From the sequence record PX871047.1: a DNA stretch of 42,242 bases; one strand, written 5' to 3'. The notes under the pieces are model-generated. The model saw only the letters and a list, made by a program, of their open reading frames with translations, did not search any database and had not been told where the DNA came from. Shown one piece after another: positions 8,988-17,462 of this stretch; within the stretch, counting starts at the first letter, position 1; each line of letters starts with the position of its first letter. The stretch is from a phage. The translations under genes were made by a program, and so were the position numbers.

Positions 8988-9448
8988 TGATGGGCTTTTT
9001 CAAAGTAACTGACGTACCTTCGCGTCGCGTTGTCCAGTTTGCTCGCGTGTCTGGCTCCGGTGAGAACGTGGTGTCTATTGGGGACGAAAGTGTACTAGGT
9101 ACGCCAGTAGATGATATGCCGTTTGCAGATAAGACCGGTATTGCGCTACCCGCCGCGGGGATGCTTTACGAGATTCCGTATCTGGCTGACGCCGGCGACG
9201 TGTATTTCTCTGTGCAACCGCAGGACACGGAACTGGCAGACGGCAGCGCAACTATCACTGTCGAAGTTAAGGCGGGCAAAGCACCGTATGCGCTGACCTG
9301 GTACAAAGACGGGAAGGAAGTGGTAAATGCCCCTGAAGAGGCCTTGTCTCTGACAGTTAATGCGGTCGGCGAATACTTCGTTAAAGTTACTGATGCCGAT
9401 GGTGTGGAGGCTGTTAGTAAAGCGGCGAAGGTCATTAAGCCAGAATAA
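8987..9448 (+). CDS. Ig-like domain virion protein
   Basis: C-terminal APYALTWYKDGKEV...GEYFVKVTD, Ig-like pattern shared with the 12660 protein. Confidence 0.45.
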   Translation: MMGFFKVTDVPSRRVVQFARVSGSGENVVSIGDESVLGTPVDDMPFADKTGIALPAAGMLYEIPYLADAGDVYFSVQPQDTELADGSATITVEVKAGKAPYALTWYKDGKEVVNAPEEALSLTVNAVGEYFVKVTDADGVEAVSKAAKVIKPE

Positions 9449-9452
9449 ACTG

Positions 9453-9477
9453 AAGCCCCGTTAAGGGGCTTTATTTC
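9453..9477. terminator. bidirectional intrinsic terminator
   Basis: AAGCCCC / GGGGCTT stem followed by TATTTCC. Confidence 0.6.
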
Positions 9478-9486
9478 CATCAGAGT

Positions 9487-9582
9487 TCACCATTCCCCTC
9501 TATCTGCATCCTCAACCCCGCTAATAGCCCACACAAACAATCCTAAATTAACCAGTAACACAAATGAAATTGCTATCATCAT
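9487..9582 (-). CDS. small hydrophobic peptide (31 aa)
   Basis: GGAGGT before ATG; MMIAISFVLLVNLGLFVWAISG; own promoter 9609-9637. Confidence 0.4.
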   Translation of the reverse strand: MMIAISFVLLVNLGLFVWAISGVEDADRGEW

Positions 9583-9608
9583 AACCACCTCCACTAGGCA
9601 TTTACTGA

Positions 9609-9637
9609 ATAGTACGCTATTATGTTGGGGTGTGCAA
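9609..9637 (-). promoter_or_regulatory. promoter with embedded AATAG-N4-CTATT dyad (type A)
   Basis: Minus strand reads TTGCAC - 17 nt - TACTAT; dyad 9608-9621. Confidence 0.55.
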
Positions 9638-9689
9638 ACTATTTGTTTACGTATTCCAGTTATTCCGCTCAATTGTAAATGTTGGAATA

Positions 9690-9705
9690 AACTATTCGAA
9701 TAGTT
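9690..9705. repeat. perfect 16-bp palindrome AACTATTCGAATAGTT
   Basis: Self-complementary; same half-site (GAATAGT) as the promoter dyads but in inverted arrangement; abuts -35 of promoter 9704-9732. Confidence 0.6.
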
Positions 9706-9732
9706 GACTTTTCACTAAAAATATGATAAGCT
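9704..9732 (+). promoter_or_regulatory. promoter of ORF-less element, copy 1
   Basis: TTGACT - 17 nt - TAAGCT with TGn extended -10; same arrangement at 40955-40983. Confidence 0.45.
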
Positions 9733-9738
9733 CCACCT

Positions 9739-9940
9739 GAGCTTGTGAAGTATGAACAAGCGACCGCGGCGCGGGCAGGTAACGGAGCGGGACGTAAGTC
9801 CTGAGTGTAGTTACGCTGACGCGTTCGGAAGGGCCGTACCCTATTGCTTGTGTAAAAAGTAACTGGTTTACTGAGATTACGCCGTTTCTATGTTTAAATG
9901 ATAAGGACTAGCGCCCCGCTTTATGGCGGGGCTTTACTTA
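9739..9940 (+). ncRNA. candidate ORF-less structured transcript (putative sRNA or leader), copy 1
   Basis: No conserved ORF; 5' hairpin GCTTGT/ACAAGC (9741-9761); conserved block 9802-9835; terminal hairpin GCCCCGC/GCGGGGC (9913-9932) followed by TTTACTT; paralog at 40990-41234. Confidence 0.35.
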
Positions 9941-9956
9941 TCGAGAAAGGAGAAAC

Positions 9957-10343
9957 ATGAATCTTAAAGCAACTGTCGTAGCGGGGGCATGTTTCATCAT
10001 CCTGGCTTACGCACACGGCATCTACCAGTACCGCAGCGGCTGGAACGAAGGCCGGGCTAATCTAGCTTCACAGCAACAGCGGAAAGCACAGACCGAGTTA
10101 GCGAAGAAAACACAACGGCAGCAGCAGGACGAATCGAAGGCCGCGGCCGCTGACAACGAAGGCAAGACGAAATCAGAGGTAATTACCCGTGAAGTCGTTA
10201 AGTACATTAAAACGCCTGGCCGCAGCGTGTGCACTTTCGACGATGCTCGCGTCCTGCTCAAGTCCCGCGCCGTCACCAACGCCAATTCCATCCCCGGATA
10301 CGACAATGATGCAGCCGCCGTGCAAGCTGGCACCGCCAAGTAG
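9957..10343 (+). CDS. i-spanin (Rz-like)
   Basis: N-terminal TM segment then Gln/Lys/Glu-rich region; contains out-of-frame lipoprotein ORF. Confidence 0.6.
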   Translation: MNLKATVVAGACFIILAYAHGIYQYRSGWNEGRANLASQQQRKAQTELAKKTQRQQQDESKAAAADNEGKTKSEVITREVVKYIKTPGRSVCTFDDARVLLKSRAVTNANSIPGYDNDAAAVQAGTAK

Positions 10344-10452
10344 CGACGCGGACGAGGATTTGGCTATCGACGTTCAGAACGCCGAATGCGTACGGCAACT
10401 GAGACTGAAAGTGTTCATGTTGCAGGATTACGTGAGGAATATTCTGGAATAG
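10189..10452 (+). CDS. o-spanin (Rz1-like lipoprotein), overlapped architecture
   Basis: GTG start; signal peptide with lipobox LAS-C; Pro-rich mature part; starts inside Rz-like ORF in another frame and extends past its stop. Confidence 0.55.
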   Translation: MKSLSTLKRLAAACALSTMLASCSSPAPSPTPIPSPDTTMMQPPCKLAPPSSDADEDLAIDVQNAECVRQLRLKVFMLQDYVRNILE

Positions 10453-10534
10453 TTGCCTTGCATGTTGGAATAATTTATTCTTGACATGTAAATCCGGGTG
10501 GCCCGGGTTCCAACGTCCAGGGGACATACTGACT

Positions 10535-11236
10535 ATGAATCGTTTTTTACGTTATCCGTTCCAGGAAGAAGCTGGGGCAGAAGATAAAGCCGGTGGCGGT
10601 GGCGCACCGAAAATGTTCACCGCTGAAGAAGTTCAGGCGCTGATTGAGAAAGAAGTCGCCGGGCTTAAGGCTAATCAGGAAGCGTTGCTGGCGGAGAAGA
10701 AAGAAGCCGCTCGCAAAGCAAAAGAGGCCGAAGAAGAACGGCAGCGCGCACACCAGGAGGCGTTAAAAGCCGCTGGTAAGATGGACGAGTTCGAAAAAAC
10801 GATTCGTAGCCAGTATGACCCGGTGTTAGCCGAGAAAGATGGTCGCATCTCCAGAATGGCAGAGCGCATCCTCGGCAGCGAACGTAAAGCGGTGTTAGGC
10901 TCTTTCGCGGGTGACTTTATCACCCCGGAAGCAGTGGACATCCTGGCTCCGTTCGTTAAGACTGAGTTTGAAGGCGATGACGTGGTTACTAAGTTTGTCG
11001 GCGCAGACGGCAACGTAATCACGACTGACCCGGAACAGTTCCGCAAATACCTGCGTGAACACAAAGCGTTTTCGCATTTGATTAAAGCAAATGCAGCTTC
11101 CGGCGGCGGGGCTTCCGGTAGCAAAGGCGGCGGGGCCGCACCAGCGTTTAAAGACATGAGCGAAGCGGAGCGTTTAGCTCTGTATAAATCGAACCCTGCC
11201 GAATTTGAACGGCAACTTAAAGCCCTGAGGAAATAA
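10535..11236 (+). CDS. scaffolding protein (putative)
   Basis: Ala/Glu/Lys-rich coiled-coil-like sequence immediately upstream of major capsid gene; ATG 10535 (track ORF begins 10481). Confidence 0.55.
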   Translation: MNRFLRYPFQEEAGAEDKAGGGGAPKMFTAEEVQALIEKEVAGLKANQEALLAEKKEAARKAKEAEEERQRAHQEALKAAGKMDEFEKTIRSQYDPVLAEKDGRISRMAERILGSERKAVLGSFAGDFITPEAVDILAPFVKTEFEGDDVVTKFVGADGNVITTDPEQFRKYLREHKAFSHLIKANAASGGGASGSKGGGAAPAFKDMSEAERLALYKSNPAEFERQLKALRK

Positions 11237-11238
11237 TA

Positions 11239-12288
11239 ATGGCAATTACCACTATCGGCGATATCGTAACTGGCAACATCCCGGTCCTGGCGTCTTACAT
11301 GACCGAGGACCCGGTAGAAAAAACCGCGTTCTTCCAGTCTGGTATCCTTACCCCGACTCCGTACGCTGCCGAGATTGCTCGTGGCCCATCCAACGTCGCT
11401 AATATTCCTTTCTGGAAAGCGATTGATACCTCTATCGAGCCAAACTACTCGAACGACGTATATCAGGACATCGCTACCCCGCGTAACGTGCAGACCGGCG
11501 AGATGATGGCGCGCGTTGCGTATCTGAACGAAGGTTTCGGTCAGGCAGACCTGACTGTAGAACTGACCAGCCAGAACCCTCTGCAATCCGTGGCATCTCG
11601 TCTGGATAACTTCTGGCAGCGTCAGGCGCAACGCCGTCTGATTGCTACCGCGCTCGGTCTGTACAACGACAACGTAGCTGCTACCGACGCATACCACGAG
11701 CAGAACGACATGGTAATCGACGTGTCTGCTACTCTGGGCTTCGACTCCGGCGCATTCATCGACGCTACCCAGACTATGGGTGATGCGCTGATGGGCAACG
11801 GCGGCGAAGTGCTAGGTGCTATCGCGATGCACAGCTTCGTTTATGCGCAGGCTCGTAAGCAGCAGCTTATTGACTTCATCCGCGACGCCGACAACAACAC
11901 CATGTTCGCCACCTACCAGGGCTACCGCGTGATTGTTGACGACAGCATGACCGTAGTCGGTACTGGCCCGGGCCGTAAGTTCATCTCCATCATCTTCGGC
12001 AACGGCGCTATCGGTTATGGTGAAGGCAGCCCGTCCAACCCGCTGGAATACGAACGTGAAGCGTCTCGCGGCAACGGCGGTGGTGTAGAAACCCTGTGGA
12101 CCCGTAAGACCTGGTTGCTGCACCCACTGGGCTACAGCTTCACCAGCGCAGTAATCACTGGCAACGGCACCGAGACCGTCGCACGCTCCGCTTCCTGGCA
12201 GGACCTGGCGAACGCCTCCAACTGGAACCGTGTGGTTGAACGTAAGCATGTACCGATTGCCTTCCTGGTAACTGGTGTCGGGGCTTAA
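11239..12288 (+). CDS. major capsid protein
   Basis: 349-aa ORF after scaffold, strong terminator after stop; TGAGGA RBS. Confidence 0.7.
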   Translation: MAITTIGDIVTGNIPVLASYMTEDPVEKTAFFQSGILTPTPYAAEIARGPSNVANIPFWKAIDTSIEPNYSNDVYQDIATPRNVQTGEMMARVAYLNEGFGQADLTVELTSQNPLQSVASRLDNFWQRQAQRRLIATALGLYNDNVAATDAYHEQNDMVIDVSATLGFDSGAFIDATQTMGDALMGNGGEVLGAIAMHSFVYAQARKQQLIDFIRDADNNTMFATYQGYRVIVDDSMTVVGTGPGRKFISIIFGNGAIGYGEGSPSNPLEYEREASRGNGGGVETLWTRKTWLLHPLGYSFTSAVITGNGTETVARSASWQDLANASNWNRVVERKHVPIAFLVTGVGA

Positions 12289-12304
12289 GGTTAAGCTATA
12301 ATCG

Positions 12305-12333
12305 AGAGGGACTTCGGTCCCTCTTTTCATTTA
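12305..12333 (+). terminator. intrinsic terminator
   Basis: GAGAGGGAC / GTCCCTC stem with TTCG loop followed by TTTTCATTT. Confidence 0.7.
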
Positions 12334-12347
12334 CTAAGAGGTAAATT

Positions 12348-12647
12348 ATGGCCAAGACCGGAAAAGGCTTGCCGCGCAGCCTTCAGAATGTCGATTTCGG
12401 CGACTTTGATATCCCTGTCGCACCAGCTACTACCAGCGTAGTTGGTGGCGTTAAAAAGTCAGCTACTGTAGCCGCACCAGCGGCCATTACCGCTGGTGCG
12501 GGGGTGCAGTCCGCCGCCGCTCCGACTAAGGAAGAGTTCGATGCTCTTGTTGCGGAGTACAACAAACTCCGAACCGATGTTACCGCGCTGCGCACTACCG
12601 TAGCAAATCTGTTGACTGCGCTTAAAAACGCTGGAACTGTAAGCTAA
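12348..12647 (+). CDS. virion protein, possible head decoration/fibre
   Basis: Ala-rich N-terminus, C-terminal heptad-like region; AAGAGG RBS. Confidence 0.45.
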   Translation: MAKTGKGLPRSLQNVDFGDFDIPVAPATTSVVGGVKKSATVAAPAAITAGAGVQSAAAPTKEEFDALVAEYNKLRTDVTALRTTVANLLTALKNAGTVS

Positions 12648-12659
12648 AGGAGCTTAAAA

Positions 12660-13013
12660 ATGGTTGATGTAATTAAACGCCGCATTACCGGTGTCTCCGA
12701 CGACTCCCCTGCCGATGGTCAGGTAGAAATCGACATGGCGAATATCTCGCCAGCATCTTTTTCTACCGCGCTTGCGGCTACTACCGCGGTTACCGCACCT
12801 AACGCGTTAACCCTTACCGTTGCGGTAACTGGCGGTCTGGCTCCTTATTCCTACCAGTGGTATAAGAATAACAACGCCATCGCAGGCGCTACCGAGGCTA
12901 CGTACACCAAGGCCACTACTGTTGCTAATACCGACTCCGGCACGTATAAAGTGGTTGTTCACGATGTGTATGGTAATATTATCTCCAGCAGCACTGTAGC
13001 AACTGTGTCTTAA
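12660..13013 (+). CDS. Ig-like domain virion protein
   Basis: APYSYQWYKNNNAI...GTYKVVVHD Ig-like pattern; AAGGAG RBS. Confidence 0.5.
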   Translation: MVDVIKRRITGVSDDSPADGQVEIDMANISPASFSTALAATTAVTAPNALTLTVAVTGGLAPYSYQWYKNNNAIAGATEATYTKATTVANTDSGTYKVVVHDVYGNIISSSTVATVS

Positions 13014-13049
13014 TACAACGGCCCTTCGGGGCCGTAATAAGGAAAGGTC

Positions 13050-13229
13050 ATGGCAGATAATTATGTAATCCGCGAAAAGTACACCCACGTTGACGTTGTT
13101 GACGGTCAGGTGATGCCTGTTCGCGGTGTTGTAGAAGCGGAAGAACTGGTTGCAACACAACCGGACAACGAAGAAGCGCACAACAACGGCGGTGGTACTA
13201 AGCGTCGTCGCCGTAAGTCAGAGGAATAA
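13050..13229 (+). CDS. hypothetical small protein (59 aa)
   Basis: AAGGAAAGG before ATG; below track size cut-off; C-terminal RRRRK. Confidence 0.4.
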   Translation: MADNYVIREKYTHVDVVDGQVMPVRGVVEAEELVATQPDNEEAHNNGGGTKRRRRKSEE

Positions 13230-13232
13230 TTT

Positions 13233-13745
13233 ATGCCGCTAATCGTGGAAACGGGGGCAATCGTCCCGAATGCTGATTCGTACATCTCACTAGCGGACGC
13301 CCGCGCGTTAGCGGCTAATTATGGCCTTGAGCTACCGGAAGACGATACCGCTGCGGAAGTAGCTTTGCGCAACGGCGCTACTTATGTCGGGCTTGCAGAA
13401 CCTCAGATGTGTGGTCGCCGTGTGTCCGCCGAACAGTCTCTCGCATACCCTCGCACTGGCGTGACGTTGAATGGGTTCCCTGTAGCTAACAACGCCATTC
13501 CAAAACAGGTGATTCTTGCGCAGGTAATCGCTGCCGCTACGTATGGCGCGGGGACTGAGGTACGGGCTAACTCAGACGGGCGCTCCGTGCAGACTGAGCG
13601 TGTCGAGGGCGCGGTAACAGTGACCTACTTCAACAACGGCAGCAGTGGTGCTACGACCGCGATTACCGCTGCTGACGACGCCTTACGCCCGTTACTGTGT
13701 GGCGGTCTTAACAATGGCTTCTCGTTTAACGTGTACCGGGGTTAA
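13233..13745 (+). CDS. head-tail connector/adaptor protein (putative)
   Basis: Position between head and tail genes; GAGGAA RBS. Confidence 0.4.
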   Translation: MPLIVETGAIVPNADSYISLADARALAANYGLELPEDDTAAEVALRNGATYVGLAEPQMCGRRVSAEQSLAYPRTGVTLNGFPVANNAIPKQVILAQVIAAATYGAGTEVRANSDGRSVQTERVEGAVTVTYFNNGSSGATTAITAADDALRPLLCGGLNNGFSFNVYRG

Positions 13746-13747
13746 AA

Positions 13748-14362
13748 ATGGCGAAGACTAAAACAGAGATATTTACGCTAATCGGATCCGAGCTACCCGA
13801 CAACACAACCGGGCTTATCACGCCAGCGAAGTTACGCGGGGTGCTAACACAGATGGCGGACTCGCCTATTTACGCCACTCCCGGTGTTAAAGAGGTTGAG
13901 GTACTACGCGCGGCATCTACTGTCGTCCAGGCCCCGTCCGCGGTTGATACCGCGTTGCAACTAACCTTCGGTGCCGCGCAAGGTAGCACCGCTGACCCGG
14001 TTATGATTAACGCGGTGGGTCTGGTAACTTTCAATACCGCGGGCAACTATGCCGTTCGCATTAAGCTACAGGCCGGGAGAACAGGGGCTAGTGGCACGTC
14101 TATTTTGTTATCGCGCATTCTGGTAAACGGCTCGCAATACGGCTCACCGGCAGCTACGAAACTGGTTAGCGCGGAAACCACCATCCCTATTGAATCCCGA
14201 GTGGTGATTAACCCAACAGCGGGGCAAACATTTGCCGTTCAGATTATGCGTGACAGCGCCGGGACGAACTTCGGCGGCGTATACCCGCAGGCCGCAACCG
14301 TAACCGCGTGGGGTACAGCGCCTTCAGCATTACTGGTTATCTCGAGACTGGAGGCCGCGTAA
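13748..14362 (+). CDS. virion structural protein
   Basis: Track ORF in structural operon. Confidence 0.45.
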   Translation: MAKTKTEIFTLIGSELPDNTTGLITPAKLRGVLTQMADSPIYATPGVKEVEVLRAASTVVQAPSAVDTALQLTFGAAQGSTADPVMINAVGLVTFNTAGNYAVRIKLQAGRTGASGTSILLSRILVNGSQYGSPAATKLVSAETTIPIESRVVINPTAGQTFAVQIMRDSAGTNFGGVYPQAATVTAWGTAPSALLVISRLEAA

Positions 14363-14721
14363 TGAGCACCGCCTTTAGTAAACGTATGCAGGGCGTGGGT
14401 ACACGACTACTAACCAAATTCGGCAGCACGGTATCTCTGGTTCGCGCTGGCTCGAAAGTGTGGGATGAAGTTCTCGGCGAATACATCTGGACCGCAGATG
14501 AGGTGCTGCCGTTGAAAGCAGTACCTGTTCCGGTTAACGCGGGCTTGGTTAACGGTACGACGATTCAGGCCGGAGACATGATTGTTAAAGCGGATTACAG
14601 TGTAGTTCCTAAGATGGAAGACAAGGTGCAATTCGGCGGTGAGCAGTGGTCGGTAGTAGCCATCGAGAAGAAGATGGTTAACGATGACGTTGTGGCTTAC
14701 TTTATTCAGGTGAGAAAATGA
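14362..14721 (+). CDS. head-tail joining protein (putative)
   Basis: ATG 14362 overlapping upstream stop (track ORF begins 14308). Confidence 0.4.
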   Translation: MSTAFSKRMQGVGTRLLTKFGSTVSLVRAGSKVWDEVLGEYIWTADEVLPLKAVPVPVNAGLVNGTTIQAGDMIVKADYSVVPKMEDKVQFGGEQWSVVAIEKKMVNDDVVAYFIQVRK

Positions 14722-15113
14722 GTTTCGCGCTTGATGTATCTAAGTTCGTCGAGAAGGCGAAGAAGAATCCCGAGAAGGTGATGCGTCAGGTGTCTATCAA
14801 ACTGTTTTCCGCTATTATAAAGGCGAGTCCGGTGGACACTGGGCGTTTTCGTATGAACTGGATGGCATCTGGCGGAACTCCGGCTTCTGGAACTACAGAT
14901 GCTACCGACAAGTCCGGCAACACTGCAACCGGGAATGTCACAAATTTCGTACTGAAAGCCGCAGACTGGAAGGAGTTCACGCTGACCAATAACCTGCCGT
15001 ATGCGCAACGGCTGGAGTACGGTTGGTCACAACAGGCCCCAGCCGGGATGGTCAGGACTAACGTGTCTCGCTTCCAGCAACTAATTAACGAAGAAGCCAA
15101 CAAGGTGAAATGA
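14718..15113 (+). CDS. tail/neck assembly protein (putative)
   Basis: Track ORF, translationally coupled. Confidence 0.4.
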   Translation: MSFALDVSKFVEKAKKNPEKVMRQVSIKLFSAIIKASPVDTGRFRMNWMASGGTPASGTTDATDKSGNTATGNVTNFVLKAADWKEFTLTNNLPYAQRLEYGWSQQAPAGMVRTNVSRFQQLINEEANKVK

Positions 15114-15526
15114 TGGGCTACTTTGAGGACTTAACAAAAGCGTTTGACGTGCCGCTGGTATCGTTCGGAACCGCCAACGGCATCAAGGTTGCGCTTGAAA
15201 ACATCGACGCGCCAACGTCAACCAATACCCCGTATCTGGCAAGTTACATGTTGCTCGCTGATACGGAGCAGGCGGATTTGTTCTTCACGGAACAACGCTC
15301 AGGTGTTTATCAGGTCGACATTAACTACGCATCGGTGAAAGGTAGCGCGCCAATCAATAAAATGGCAGACTTACTTAACACGGCATTCAAAGCAGGTAAG
15401 TCATTTTCACGTAACGACATCTGCGCCGAGGTTCAATCGGTTAGCCTGGGGCCACTGATTGTAGAAAACGGATGGGCCAAACGACCATTGTCAATTAACT
15501 TTATTGCATTCACCAAGAGGCTGTGA
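15110..15526 (+). CDS. tail completion/terminator protein (putative)
   Basis: Track ORF immediately before major tail gene. Confidence 0.4.
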   Translation: MMGYFEDLTKAFDVPLVSFGTANGIKVALENIDAPTSTNTPYLASYMLLADTEQADLFFTEQRSGVYQVDINYASVKGSAPINKMADLLNTAFKAGKSFSRNDICAEVQSVSLGPLIVENGWAKRPLSINFIAFTKRL

Positions 15527-16695
15527 ATATGGCTACAACTCCTTTTAAGGGCGCGAATACCGCGCAATTCTATGTGGCGGAAGTGACCCCGGGCGTAACA
15601 CCAAGTAACCCGGTATGGTCGCCGTTGCGCAACACTGGCGGCGTTCCTGCGGTAACCCGCGATGCGCTGACCTCCAACGAACTGGACGGCAGCCGTGAAA
15701 CTACGTCCATCCGCACTGGTAACAAGCAGGTCAGCGGAGAGTATGCCATTGAGCTTAGCTCCCGTAGTCAGGATGATTTCCTCGCTGGTGCGATGACATC
15801 TACGTGGCAGGATGGGGTAGAGATTACGGGTGCAGAAATTACGGTCGCCCCCGTAGGTAAAACATTCACCCGCGCCGCTGGTAGCTTCATTACCGACGGT
15901 GTAGAAGTTGGCGACCTGATTGCGTTCACCGACTTAACCGGCGACAACGCAAAACCGTTTATCGTGACCGCGGTTTCTGCTCTTGTAGTTACGGGCGCGG
16001 GCATTCAGCACACGCTGACAGCAGAGACTGTAACCACCGACGCTAAAACCGGCGACAAACTGGAAACCGGTAACGCATGTAAGACGTTCTCCATCCTGAC
16101 ATGGTTCAAAGGACAGTGCGGGAACCCTGACGCGTACATGTTGACCAAAGGCGTGGAAATCTCCGGTTTCACCATTGAACAGGCCGTAAACGCGATGGTG
16201 ACAGGCAGCTTCCCGTTCATCGGTCTGAGTCAGGAAATTCTTTCCACACCGCCAGCAGGTTCTGATTTCTCTCAGGTGACGTTTACTGATGAGCCGTTCT
16301 CCTCTGTAGATGTGTCTGTGTTCGACGGTTCTACGCCGTTGCGTTGCGATACTCTGACCATCACCAACGACAACGGCGCATCTGCTCAGTTCGAACTCGG
16401 CAACAGCAGCGTTGCGTTCGTGGAACGAGGTCGCGCGGCTAACACCTTCTCCATCTCCGGCAAGCTGTACGACATGGCGATGATTCAGAAGTTTATCAAC
16501 GAACAGCAGGTAGAGATTAACTCTATTCTGGCGGGGGTAAACGGTGCTATGTCTTTCAGTTTGAAACGTGCCGAACTTACGGCGGTCACACCAGAAATAT
16601 CTGGCCCGGAATCAATTACCCAAAGTATAGAAGGGCAGTCCACAGGCAATCAGTACCAGTCGTCTATTGTTATCCAGCGTATCACCTACGCATAA
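15523..16695 (+). CDS. major tail protein (putative)
   Basis: 390-aa ORF, last gene before terminator, upstream of chaperone/tape-measure genes. Confidence 0.5.
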   Translation: MNMATTPFKGANTAQFYVAEVTPGVTPSNPVWSPLRNTGGVPAVTRDALTSNELDGSRETTSIRTGNKQVSGEYAIELSSRSQDDFLAGAMTSTWQDGVEITGAEITVAPVGKTFTRAAGSFITDGVEVGDLIAFTDLTGDNAKPFIVTAVSALVVTGAGIQHTLTAETVTTDAKTGDKLETGNACKTFSILTWFKGQCGNPDAYMLTKGVEISGFTIEQAVNAMVTGSFPFIGLSQEILSTPPAGSDFSQVTFTDEPFSSVDVSVFDGSTPLRCDTLTITNDNGASAQFELGNSSVAFVERGRAANTFSISGKLYDMAMIQKFINEQQVEINSILAGVNGAMSFSLKRAELTAVTPEISGPESITQSIEGQSTGNQYQSSIVIQRITYA

Positions 16696-16700
16696 AACTA

Positions 16701-16723
16701 AGGCCCCGAAAGGGGCCTTTTTC
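16701..16723. terminator. bidirectional intrinsic terminator
   Basis: AGGCCCC / GGGGCCT stem, GAAA loop, TTTTCT; near-identical to terminator at 29235. Confidence 0.7.
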
Positions 16724-16900
16724 TCACTCACTTTTGAATGGCATTTCGTAGAAGTTAGTTAACTGACCTCTGTCACTCCGTTCTGTCATCTCTTTTGTCG
16801 CCTCTTCCTTGCTACCTACGGCGTAAATATCAACCCACTCATCCCATTCTTCGTCATATACGCGGATAACGTATATTGCCCCCATTGTGCCTTCACGCAT
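16724..16900 (-). CDS. hypothetical small acidic protein
   Basis: Last gene of reverse-strand island; track ORF 16724..16930 begins at TTG; internal ATG 16900 chosen, start uncertain. Confidence 0.4.
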   Translation of the reverse strand: MREGTMGAIYVIRVYDEEWDEWVDIYAVGSKEEATKEMTERSDRGQLTNFYEMPFKSE

Positions 16901-17462
16901 TTGGGTAAATCCCCAGGATTCTATTGGCAACCGTGGCCGCGGTTAATGTAATCTCACCAGGAATGATGGCGACGTCATGGCATACTACCCCATCAATATC
17001 GTACAGGTAGCCACGGCTATCCCCGTCAAACGTGTAGCCGTCTCGGTGCAAGCGGACGATTCGCACGTCATGCCCAGCGGCGACGATAGGGGCAACTTCA
17101 CTGGCAAACCCACCGTCGGACACCACAAAAACTTCGTCGCCGTCAGGCAAGTTTTCAGCGAGATACTTACCGAAATAATCATTGCCAAGTACAGGCTTAA
17201 TGAATTGCTCCGAGATAGCAATCATGAACTGACGTCGCGACAACCCATTAAGGAAACATTCTGGCTTTTCTTTCCGTGCCCGGTCGTCGTAGCCGTCGAG
17301 AAATTCGTGGTAAGCATCCGGGCCTAACGCTGCCCGAGCAATATTGAACATTGGATTCTTGAAACTGGTAGTTCCTTTCGCAAAGCCCATTTCTACCATC
17401 GCCATAGCAAGCGTGTCTTTCCCGCAACCCGCAGGGCCATTAAGGATAATTACCTTAGCCAT
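16893..17462 (-). CDS. P-loop nucleotide/polynucleotide kinase-like protein
   Basis: Walker A GPAGCGKDT near N-terminus; start overlaps stop of upstream phosphatase gene. Confidence 0.6.
   Translation of the reverse strand: MAKVIILNGPAGCGKDTLAMAMVEMGFAKGTTSFKNPMFNIARAALGPDAYHEFLDGYDDRARKEKPECFLNGLSRRQFMIAISEQFIKPVLGNDYFGKYLAENLPDGDEVFVVSDGGFASEVAPIVAAGHDVRIVRLHRDGYTFDGDSRGYLYDIDGVVCHDVAIIPGEITLTAATVANRILGIYPNA

Noticed and set aside
9487-9672. 61-aa minus-strand ORF as listed in the track
   Set aside because: The extended N-terminus runs through the promoter motif; the supported gene is the 31-codon ORF starting at 9582 after GGAGGT.
9752-9871. 39-codon ORF inside ORF-less element copy 1
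   Set aside because: No RBS, and the paralogous copy 2 has no ATG and a stop in the aligned frame, so coding capacity is not conserved.
9739-9940. tRNA or tmRNA in the conserved ORF-less elements
   Set aside because: No cloverleaf-compatible arrangement and no T-loop or anticodon-stem signatures were seen on reading; not called as tRNA.
10481-10509. TTGACA upstream of scaffold gene as a late promoter
   Set aside because: No acceptable -10 at 16-18 nt spacing (CGGGTT); late promoters here may use a different recognition sequence, so not called.
10675-11697. 340-aa minus-strand ORF in the track
   Set aside because: Lies entirely antisense to the scaffold and major capsid genes, has no RBS and a low-complexity Ser/Ala/Arg-rich translation; treated as a shadow ORF.
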